64,000 nucleotides of DNA from Psilocybe cubensis (taxonomy: Eukaryota): assembly GCA_017499595.2 (NCBI GenBank), contig CM039005.1, forward strand, positions 1,984,001-2,048,000. The letters are read 5' to 3'. The translations under genes were made by a program, and so were the position numbers. Of this stretch, positions 1 to 10,555 are shown piece after piece. Under the pieces are notes generated by a model that saw nothing but the letters and a program-made list of their open reading frames with translations, did not search any database and was not told the origin of the DNA. Within the stretch, counting starts at the first letter, position 1. Every line of letters begins with the position of its first letter.

Positions 1-806
1 ATCATGTTACGACGATGAAGCCGGTTTCATCTAGCGTTCTGTTGTCGGCCACACCTCCAATGTCATCTTTGTCGGGTGATCCTAACCGAAGCAGCTCTTC
101 TAGCTATGCGCGAGATCCTGCGCGTCCGGGTTCGCCTCCTAGGAGTGCGTACCCTGCTATGTCTTCGGCGCATCCGTATTCGGATGCCCACCGTACTGCC
201 TATCCTGGGCCAACTGCAACTACATATCCATACCCAACAGACCACCGAGGTGTGTATATATCCAGTAGGCCTCCGGACAGTACCTTCCGAGGCACCTCTA
301 GCACTTCTTCGCCTACTCTTTCACGGTCGCCATATACAACGACCTACCCAGCATCGACATCTTCGGCATCTACTACGGTTACCACCAGTAGACCAGGATA
401 TCCGGCAACGACGTCTGTTGGACCAGCCCCACCGTCTATTATACATTCACCGACTGGTATGAGCCCGCCAAAGCCGTTACCAGTACAGCCTATGCAGTCA
501 TATCCCGCGCATCAAAGCGATCCAGCGCATCGTGCGCCGTATCTGACCTATCCGCAGCCGACTCATACGAGTGGGTATTGGACGACGCAGCCATATTATT
601 TGGACCCTCGGGCGTCAGGCGCTGCGGATGCGAGTGGGAGGAGGGAACATCCGTATGCAATGTATCCGGCGATGAGCGGACCTCCTGCGTCGGGATCGAG
701 GCCGCCCCACGGGTACCCAATGACAACGCCACCCGGACAACCGCCTGCCCCTGGAGGCAGGACTGCGTATTATTATCCTGGTACAGGATGGACATCATCA
801 GGATGA
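1..806 (+). CDS. 3' part (or terminal exon) of a Pro/Ser/Thr/Tyr-rich low-complexity protein
   Basis: 263-aa open frame ending at TGA 804-806, followed by a T-rich 3' UTR-like tract. No recognisable domain. Probably truncated by the window start. Confidence 0.6.
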   Translation, partial: HVTTMKPVSSSVLLSATPPMSSLSGDPNRSSSSSYARDPARPGSPPRSAYPAMSSAHPYSDAHRTAYPGPTATTYPYPTDHRGVYISSRPPDSTFRGTSSTSSPTLSRSPYTTTYPASTSSASTTVTTSRPGYPATTSVGPAPPSIIHSPTGMSPPKPLPVQPMQSYPAHQSDPAHRAPYLTYPQPTHTSGYWTTQPYYLDPRASGAADASGRREHPYAMYPAMSGPPASGSRPPHGYPMTTPPGQPPAPGGRTAYYYPGTGWTSSG

Positions 807-1108
807 GTTTCTTTTGATTCCTCTCTCTTTTGACTGTTGTTTTCGCATCTTTTTATTTACTTTATTGCATTGTTTGTTTTTCATCGTTTTGCTTCATGGT
901 TTACATACATTAGTGGGGCCGAATATATTTTCACTCTTCAGGGTGTTAGACGATATAGTTTCTTTATGGAATTATTGGGATGGTGTAGGCAGATTCTGGT
1001 TAGGACCACTTGATACATTGACACATTAGATACAACACAATTTGAGTTGAAGGCCAGAGTTAGAAAGAACCTGGGTATTGATGTGCTCGCGGAATGATTT
1101 CCTGACAG

Positions 1109-1693
1109 TCAGCGACGACCTTCAACCATGATGATATGGTAGCCGAAGTTCGTTTTAACCAGGGACGAGATGATGGGTTTGTCGACAGTGGATGGTGTGA
1201 GAGCGAATGCAGCATCTTGGAAAGCCCCAACCATACTACCTCTTACCATCCATCCCAAGCTTCCTCCAGCTGTATCAAGACAATTAGGAGTAAAGTAAGG
1301 CTTATTGAATAAGTCATGTGTACCTTTGGCCTTGTCCTCCGAATATTCCTGCGCAACTTTGTTGAATGACTGGCCTTCCTATGACGAGGCGCCAGACAGT
1401 CAGACAGTGGTCCACCTATTCAGGATACACTAGATATATGCACTTGGATCTTTTGCAGAGCCTCCATTGCCTTAGAATGCTTCTCGCAAAGGATATGCCG
1501 CACGTTCACGGCGGTGGCTGCCTTCAATGCACCCTTTCCCTTAGTAGTCGAACTGTTTAAGCAAATTGAGGGTTTGAGACGTGAATAAACACGATACCTT
1601 GTCTCCGTCATCGGCTGCTTTACCCTTTCCTTTTTTGCCGTCTGCCTTGTCTACAGGCTTCTTGTCGGCAGATGCAGCACCTTTCTTCGCCAT
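1109..1693 (-). CDS. PIN4: Parvulin-type peptidyl-prolyl cis-trans isomerase (PIN4/Par14), 4 exons
   Basis: Hand-spliced product [12 protein letters not shown]...[65 protein letters not shown]...[16 protein letters not shown]. It has the Lys-rich N-terminus and the hallmark Par14 motifs. Only partly visible in the ORF track. Confidence 0.93.
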
Positions 1694-1879
1694 AGTTCTG
1701 AGTCAAGGCAAGTGAGTCAAGGTTAACCAATGAAGTGGGACCGATTATGTACATTGACGATGTGGCTGTGCCGATTAAGTGCATGTGTGAAACTCAATTT
1801 TTTGACGTTAACTCTTGACGCTGTTATCACACTTCTTGTACAGATCCCTTTGCATTCTTTTCGGCGTCTACAGCACGAT

Positions 1880-4369
1880 ATGTCGTCAGACAAGATCACT
1901 CGTATCGCCATCGTCGATTCTAACCGGTGCAAACCCAAGCGATGTGCATTAGAGTGCAAGAAAGTATGTATCCTGCTTCATCACTGGAGATGCAACTAAC
2001 TGGTATTGTCGTAGTCATGCCCCGTTGTTAAAATGGGTAAGAAAGTATTTCCATGAAGAACTGGATTCAAACTAAATCATATTTTAGGCAAACTTTGCAT
2101 TGAAGTCAAGTCAACCGATAAGATCTCCTTCATCTCTGAATTCCTCTGTATTGGTTGTGGTATTTGCGTGAAGAAGTGAGATTTCTTCCACTTTTCTTGT
2201 TGAAACATCTAACTAATTCGTGCAGATGTCCATTTGAAGCCATCGCAATTATCAACCTGCCCACAAATCTAGAGTCAGAGGTGACACATCGGTATACTGC
2301 CAACTCCTTCAAACTCCATCGTCTTCCTACACCACGACCGGGACAGGTATTAGGGTTGGTCGGGACGAACGGTATCGGAAAGAGTACAGCACTGAAAATC
2401 CTTGCTGGAAAGTTGAAGCCAAATCTTGGCAGATACGATGTAAGTCTTGCCTGCCACATTCAGATAGTATTCAATAGATCCATCATCCATAGGACCCTCC
2501 CGACTGGCAAGAGATCCTCAAATACTTCCGAGGATCCGAACTCCAGAACTACTTCACCAAGGTTCTCGAGGACAATCTCAAGGCCCTGATTAAGCCTCAA
2601 TACGTCGATCATATTCCCAAAGCCATCAAGGGTAGCCTAACCGTTTCGCAAATGCTCGACTCAAAGCTGGAGCGGGACAACAAACAGGAGATGTGCGACG
2701 AACTTGAATTGAATCACGTTTTAGATCGTGACATCGCTCATCTTTCTGGAGGAGAGCTCCAGCGATTTGCTATCGCCATGTCATGCATCCAAAAGGCTGA
2801 CGTGTATGTACTTCAACATGTTAAAAATAATATGTTTTCTAAGGATAAATTACAGTTATATGTTCGACGAACCTTCCAGTTACCTGGATATCAAGCAGCG
2901 ACTCAAGGCTGCCGAAGTCATTCGATCTCTGTTGACCCCCGATTGCTATGTTGTAGCTGTAGAGCACGATTTGTCCGTGCTTGACTACCTGTCCGATTTC
3001 ATTTGCTGCTTGTACGGCAAGCCCTCCATGTATGGCGTCGTCACGATGCCTTCCTCTGTTCGAGAAGGTCAGTATTAATTTTATATACTTTGAATTTGTC
3101 GATGTTATACTCATATAGTCATTTAGGTATCAACATCTTCTTGGACGGTTTTATCCCCACGGAGAACTTGCGTTTCCGTGAAGAATCTTTGTCCTTTAAA
3201 ATGGTCGAGAACGCTGAAGAACTTGTTGTCGACAAGACCCGCCATTATTCTTACCCTTCCATGACCAAGACCCTCGGAAATTTCAAGCTGACCGTCGAGG
3301 CCGGCTCTTTCACCGACTCTGAGATTATTGTCATGTTGGGAGAGAACGGAACGGGAAAGACGACTTTTGTCCGCCTGCTTGCCGGTGACACCCCCGATGA
3401 GGAAACCGATAAACAATCGCTAGCTGTCAGTTTAAAGCCTCAGACAATCTCCCCCAAGTTCCCCGGCACCGTCCGCATGCTACTGCTCAAGCAGATCAAA
3501 AATGCTTTCATGCACCCCCAGTTCCAAACGGACGTTCTTAAGCCCATGAATTTGGAGAACATCATGGATCAGGAGGTCAAGACACTTTCCGGAGGAGAGT
3601 TGCAAAGGGTCGCTATCGTTCTTGCTCTCGGTGCGTTGATAATTTTTCTTGAAGTGACGTCATGGTGTTCGCCCTTCGCGGCGTCGCCCATGCCGTCGCT
3701 TGAGTATCTTGACAGCGCTCATGCTGACTATGATTTAAATAGGCAAACCCAACGTCTCGGTCTATCTTTTGGACGAACCTAGCTCGTGAGTTGTCTACGT
3801 GTCCTCTAAAGGCTCGTTTCACTGTGATTTTAATATCTTTTTACCCAGTTTCCTTGATTCCGAACAGCGTATCATTGCTAGCAAGGTTATCAAACGGTCA
3901 GTGATACCCGTTCTCAGTTTATTTATGGTTGTAACTGAGCCTCGTCTATCTGAGCACAGATTCATTCTGCACGCGAAGAAGACTGCCTTTGTCATTGAGC
4001 ACGATTTCATCATGGCCACCTACCTCGCCGATCGTGTCATTGTCTTCGAGGGTCAGCCTGCGCGCGCTGCCACTGCCACACCGTATGTTTCTTTTTTTTG
4101 AGCATTCTGCTCTGCATAAAATATGGGCGCTAACTGTAAAACTAAATTTATGCAGTCCCCAATCGCTGTTGTCGGGTATGAACCGCTTCCTTGCTTCGCT
4201 CGAAATCACCTTCCGTCGCGATCCCACCAACTTCCGCCCGCGTGTTAACAAGCGGGACAGTGTCAAGGATCGCGAGCAGAAAGGTAAGCGCTCATCTCAT
4301 TACCTTCTTGCTTTGCTCTCTGATGTACATTTCTTAGCCGCTGGCAACTATTTCTTCCTCGAGGAATAA
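1880..4369 (+). CDS. RLI1: ABCE1/Rli1 Fe-S ABC ATPase (ribosome recycling), multi-exon
   Basis: N-terminal [17 protein letters not shown] and CIGCGIC Fe-S motifs, Walker [10 protein letters not shown] and GENGTGKTT, two LSGGELQR signatures, and C-terminal [14 protein letters not shown]...GNYFFLEE*. Confidence 0.98.
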
Positions 4370-5213
4370 ATGAGCTCTCTTTTTCATGGAGCTCTACAAA
4401 AATGGGATCCACGCCGAATCCGCGTCAGTCAAGTTGTCGAGTCAGGTCGGGATGACAGGTGTGGAGGGGTCGCCGCTTTCGTTTCTCTGCCCTGTGCTGT
4501 ATTCTGTTTCTTTTTTGTCATTTAAGTTGGGGGAGGGGGCGGAGCGGAGCGGTCGTTTTCTTCAACACAGAAAATAAAGTGGACTGATGTCGGGATTGAT
4601 TGAGCGCTTTTGTTTGTGCATGCATCGGCGTGGGGCATAAGCGTGGCGATCTCATGGGCGGGCGGTGTGGGGTAAAGCAAGATATGCACAAATAGAGGTG
4701 GGAGGAAGTGAAGGACAAGATATTTTTATAAGGCGCACAATCGCTCTGATGTATTAAAATATTTACTCTCTGTGAGATCTTTCTAGCCTGCTCGCGTGCT
4801 AGACATGAGCGGAAATCCTTTTCGTCTCTCGGAGAATTTTCGACTACCTGACTGGCCAGGTCATTGATATGATGGTCGATCCATAAAGGGGGAATTTGTA
4901 CAGTAGGTATAGTACGAGGAAAGGGTGATTTGACACGGCGTCCTGGTCTGAATGCAGTGGTCCAGTATCGGCACTGACACTCAATACTTCACAGGCGCTT
5001 AATAGACAGATTCTCGAAATTCAGTCATGTATACTCAATGACGAATGGGCTACCTTCCGAAAACTGTATTCGGAGACGAAGGGGAGACTAGCTCTAATAT
5101 AGAACAAAAAAAGTACTGATTACTTCTTTGTACATATATAAAATCAAAATACATACCTTTTCAACCTTCTCATGAAGTTGATATACGTATCCGGGAAATA
5201 TGCGAGTAGCTGC

Positions 5214-6598
5214 TTATTCGTTAGCCTCTTGTTCCAGGATCTCGCGTTCCAGTCTTTCCCGCTCTGCTTGTCTCATACGCATTAGAGTTAGAGACTCGTA
5301 ATCAATACCAGGAGCGGCAGAGACAGGCTTAAGTTCTGGCGAAGGGAAAGTTTCGGGCTGGATGAGTGGTTAAATAACATGAAAACGAGGTTCTTGAAAA
5401 AAAAACTTACAAACGAAGAAGGGAAAGATGAGAATGGCGATGCACTAGCATGATGCGTCTGATGCTGAGGTAAGCCCGCCTTGACGCCATTATCCCTGTC
5501 TGGCGTTGCCACGTTCGAGGGCGGGGTGTTGGTAGTGGATGACCCTTGACTCGCGCCTCCCGACGCGCCGACACCGCTGCCCAGTTTTCCCGTCCTGCGC
5601 AGCCATCCGAGGATTTCGGGCTCCTTGTCGTTTACCCAGGTGATCTTGACGCCATCCATGCCCATCTCCTTCCGCCCACTCGCGCAAACCGCCGCGAATG
5701 CATCGCCAATCTGTTTGAACGGCACGAGGGCGGTGCCGAACTTTGGTGGTTTCTCGGGCACCTTGCTTTTGAGAGACAGGACAATGGAGGTTTCGTCAGT
5801 CGCGCCGAAGCGGGAGAGTAAGGTAGCGATGGCTGATGGGGTGGTGAGAGTAGGATGCGTCTTGAGGGGGTATTTGAGTCGGATTGTGGTATCCAGAGAG
5901 TCTGGAGGGTGCAATAGTAGTCGGCGGGTCAGAATACAACCGAGAGTAAGAAAGCCGAAGTGGAAAATAACATACCCATAGCAGGTGGCGCTTCCTCCTC
6001 ATCATCCGATTTCACGGACTCGTTGAAACTCGGAGGTTGCATTCTATTTCGCAACTCCTGCTCTTTCTGTTCTCGAAGGCGCTTGCCTTCCTCCTTGATC
6101 CTCTCTGTTTCGTGCCATGTCTCCACCTCCTCCTTCTGCTTGTCCATACGCGACTTCTTGAAAGCACGCTCTCTCTCTTCAAGCTCTTCAACCAAATTCT
6201 TCCGCTTGTTGTCATATGCCTTGAAACGTTCCTTACGAGCGAGTTTGACGCGTAATTTTGCATCGAGGGCTAAGCGCCGTAGGGGATCGAGCAGAAGCTC
6301 GTAAGCCTGATTTAGTTCATGGAACTTCCGAGCTACGGGTTCTCAGTTCACAAAAAAATACATTGTGACTCGTATCTGGGGCTCACCGGCATCAGGGTTG
6401 TTTGGATTCTAGAGATGAGCCGCAAAATGTCAATAGATATGCCATGTGTAAATATGATCGTATTCTTATACGCACCCTATCTGGATGGACTTTCAGCGAA
6501 CGCTGCCTGTACGCCGTCCGTATCTCCTGCTCTGTAGCCTCTGTCTTGACATCGAGGAGCTCATAGGGATTGACTTCCTCGTCAACGGCTGAGCTCAT
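5214..6598 (-). CDS. CWC23: J-domain spliceosome-associated protein DNAJC17/Cwc23-like
   Basis: J domain NPYELL...AYRQRSLKVHPDR, a charged coiled region, an RRM-like segment, and C-terminal DYESLTLMRMRQAERERLEREILEQEANE*, which is typical of DNAJC17. Confidence 0.85.
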
Positions 6599-6845
6599 GG
6601 TCGCTGGTGGGTGAAACGTGTGAGATCTTGGTGGAATTGCCAAACATGTGATGCAATGACGGGCGCCTGCCGAGGATTGCCGAGAGTTGTTGAAGCGCTT
6701 GCCATTTACATGATGCGCACTGACAGAACATTGACCGCTCGCATCGTACGTCCCACAATGTCGGCAGCCGTCCGCTGCACATATATAAGTCCTCAAATTT
6801 TTCAGTACGTTCCCGTTGTTTCTTTTACTTTTCCCTTTCTGCGAA

Positions 6846-8979
6846 ATGCCGTCTGAACCCATTGAAGCGCAATTTTCTTATCGGCATCCCGTTCTTTCGG
6901 GAGAGCATGAGGAGGAATTCAGGACTCTAGAAATAGAGAATCTGGAGTCTACCCAGCTAGGTCGAAAGCTATCTCTCAAACATCCTGATGAAGTTACTGT
7001 TGTTGCTTCCGATGGCACTCCTTTACACCGTCCCAGCACACTCCATGACCTTGAAGAGATTCATCTCAAGGAAGGTTATAAAATAGTCAAGTTCGAAAAG
7101 GGAAAGGGAGAAGATCCAAGAGAATGGAGTAAACTCAAAAAATGGTTCGTGCTTTCACATTTAATTCTGTTTAGACCCTGATACCCTCCTGAAGGTACAT
7201 TACTCTTACCACGTCGATCCTATGTCTGGCGGTTGCAATTGGTAGTTCGATCGTAACGGGAGAGTAAGTCCTACCATAGACCTTAGATCTTGATCGTTAT
7301 CTCAACATTGGTAACTAGCATGACAGGACCAACGAAGACATTAGGCATACAACAAGAAATTACGAATCTTACTGTCACTTGTTTTGTTATGGGCTTTGGA
7401 ATTGGGTACGGTATTTTCAATATCAAACCTCGCTTTTTATTTATGCTACATTTTAGTCCTCTGTTCATGGCACCTCTATCAGAAGTTGTCGGTCGTCGAC
7501 CCATATACTGCGTCAGCATGTTTCTCTACTTTATCTTCACCTTGCCAAGTGCCCTGGCAAAGAATGCGGCCACTCTGGTCGTCGCGCGCATGATCGCCGG
7601 TTTGGCTGCTTCTGCACCTATGTGCAATGTCGGTGGAAGGTAACTTAACATTCACCAGCCTTTCGACATTCAGCTAACTTTGAACCAGTATAGCAGATGT
7701 CTGGGCCATCGAAGAACGAGGAGTCCCCATGGCCGTTTTTTCTGGCACTCTATTGTACGTCACTTACCTATTTGTCAACATGTCAACAGTTTTGCTAATC
7801 TATCTCCTTCTGCAGCATCGGCCCCTGTGTAGGTCCTATGGTTGCTGGTTGGATCGGCATGTATGCCGGTTGGCGATGGATTTGTGCGTTTCTACCTAAG
7901 CTCGCACCGAACAGCAACTCACGTTGTTATAACAGATTGGGTCTTGTTCATCTTCCTCGGCGTCTCCTTTGCCTTGACGCTCTTTATTCCTGAGTCTCTT
8001 GCCCCTGTTCTTTTGCGCCGAAAAGCTGAGGTGCTTAGAAAATCTACCAATGACGACCGATATCGCACCCTCGAGGAACTCGAAAAACTTCCTTTCAGCG
8101 AAACGCTTCAAATTGCTCTTGTCAGGCCCTTCTTGATGCTCGTACAGGAACCTATCGTTATTTTCATGAGCTGTTATCTTTCATTTGTCTACAGTCTTTT
8201 GTGTACGTCAAAACGTGATTCATCAGTGTCTTATCTTTGTTGACGTTAGTTGACAGACCTGCTATTCTTTGCTTTCCCTATTGCTTTCCTTGAAATTCGT
8301 GGATTTAGCGAGGGTATGACCGGTATCACGTTTATTAGTATCATGGTATGTTGTCATCGAACCCCAACTCTCTTGGTTATATTTCTTATGAAATAACATT
8401 AGTTGGGAATCTTCTTTGCTGGTCTCTTCTTGCCAACTCAAGAAAAATTATACGCCAAAGCAACTGCCTCTGGCTCATTCCCTGAAGCACGTCTCTATCC
8501 AATGATGGTCGGAGCCTTGTACGTCGTTCTAATATCGCACATCATTTGATGTCCTGAAATTCATATTCAAAATTTCCAGCTTCATGCCCACTGCGCTGTT
8601 CATGTTCGCGTTCACTGGCGCATACCCATGGGTGCATTGGATCGCGGTGTGCATATCTGGCTTTGTCTTCGGATTTGCAATGATTCTGCTCTACGTCTCC
8701 GCCAACTCCTACATCATTGACTCTTACTCGGACTACGCTGCCTCCGCCATGGCCGCAAAGACTTTCATGCGCTCCGAGATCGGCGCCATGGTACCCCTCT
8801 TCGTAAACCAAATGTTCCACCATATGGGCTTCCAATGGGCCGGACTGCTCCTTGCTCTGATTGCATGCGCCATCGCGCCTATTCCGTTTATCTTTTATAA
8901 GTATGGTGAACGGATTAGATCGACGAGTAAGCGCGCATCGCAGCTTAGACGTGGTGGTGGCAATATTACCAAAGCTTAG
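6846..8979 (+). CDS. MFS transporter, DHA1 drug:H+ antiporter family
   Basis: EDPREWSKLKKW, PLFMAPLSEVVGRRPIY, IPESLAPVLLRRKA, RPFLMLVQEPIV, PEARL, YIIDSYSDYAASAMAA and FYKYGERIR motifs. Many short introns. Confidence 0.93.
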
Positions 8980-10262
8980 ACATCAAAAGGCCAGTTGTCC
9001 TACCTCTCTCCATGTGATATTTTTCCACAACCCTGTTCACCGACTACCAAGAGAACTTGAGTTTCATTCATAACCTTTCACCGTATAACATTGTTATGTT
9101 ATGGTGATACCCATATATCTCGTTCCATCGGATTTTCAGTTTAAAATTCGCTTGTCTATGATCATAACTGACCATCTTTCTTACCGCCTTTCCTTCCTCC
9201 CTTACCTTTCCTTTTCTTTTGTTGTTTTGATAATCCAGTAGTAGCATTGGCATATTTTTCACTGTACAATACCTCATGAGTGACTAGATCATTAGGCTAT
9301 AATAGTATACCTACTTAATAATAAAAAAACGTGCAAAAGTAGGAAATTGAAGTTTTTGGTTGAAAAAGCGACTCATAGCTCGAATCACCCATAATATCGT
9401 TTTCTTCGAGCTACGGATGTGGAAACTGATTGCGAAGGCTGAGCGCTGACTCCAGAAGGCCAGAGGTCGCTAGTCAACTGGAGCCGCGTGGGAATAAGCG
9501 CACAACAATGCGACCAAGCTTCCCTTTTAGGGAATTCGCATCTGTTTGCCCATAACCAGTTCCGACTGGCAGAAGCGAAAGCCTGCAAACTCTACGTCTC
9601 AAGATCTCAGAACTTATGATTATCTCCTTTGCAATGATCTCTCTCAAAGGGAAATGTATTGCTTACTTCGCTGGAAAATGACTGCCCCTGGAATCATCTG
9701 CACCAGCATTCCAGCGAATCCCTGATGTCACGTAGCAATGTCGACGAACTAGCTTCCAGGGCCAATTGAATCTCGTTTTCCCCCAACTCGAATTCTCATC
9801 AAATTTCAATCATTGGACTGGTCAATACCTACTAGTAATGTGCTCGTTTTTTTTTACTTTTGCCGGTGTACGAAACAGTGGTTTTTGATGTGCTCAAAGT
9901 ACCAATGGGCAGTGGGAGGTTGGTACATGAAGCAAACTCTGTGGTCTGGTGTCATGTTTTCGTCCTTGGCCTGTCAATTCAGTCTCCGCCTTCGTGTATG
10001 CATTGGCTAGAGAATGTAAAACACTGGGGTACTGATGTCACCATCTTGGGTTGAACATTGCATATGTTTGCGGTCAGCCAAAGATCGACCTGCGATCGGT
10101 ATTCTGTTTTTTGGGGGTTATCCAAGCACGAGTCCCCAGAGGTGGCTGGCAAATCCTCCAAATAGTCCAAAATACAAAGGACAGATAAAAGGTAACCTCT
10201 CTCCCCTTCCCGTCTCTTCCTTATACCACAACTACCACAGCCAACTTCTCTCTCGTATTTTT

Positions 10263-10470
10263 GAATAACAGCTAGCCTGCTCCTCATCGCTCAAGTTCGT
10301 CAACATTATTGACGAATAACATCTCGCCTATTTTCAACAAGCTCGTGAACGCCATTGAAGAATAACATCTCGCCAACTCTCAACAAACTCATCAACATTA
10401 TCTACGAATAACAACACGCCTATCCGCCTCGCCGCCAAAATTCTGTACGAATAACATCGCGCCAACCTTG
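10263..10470. repeat. Degenerate minisatellite, 5 units of about 43-51 bp with core GAATAACA(TCTCGCC)
   Basis: The core starts at 10263, 10314, 10360, 10406 and 10449. Confidence 0.8.
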
Positions 10471-10555
10471 GATGCATCCTTTGTATCCAAGGTCTATAGG
10501 GGTGGGGCCCTACATTAGTAGGTCCCCTACTCCCGACCCGGAGTTTAATATAGCA

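Noticed and set aside
4385-4656. SRP (7SL) RNA identity for the long hairpin
   Set aside because: The size is similar, but I could not find a helix-8 GNRA/SRP54-binding motif, an Alu-domain motif or a Pol III terminator at the expected place.
9385-10287. Short ORFs between the first MFS gene and the orphan gene
   Set aside because: No motif, codon pattern or splice-consistent model supports them.
10263-10470. CRISPR-like repeat/spacer appearance
   Set aside because: The context is eukaryotic, the core is short and degenerate, the spacers resemble each other, and there are no cas genes. It is a minisatellite.
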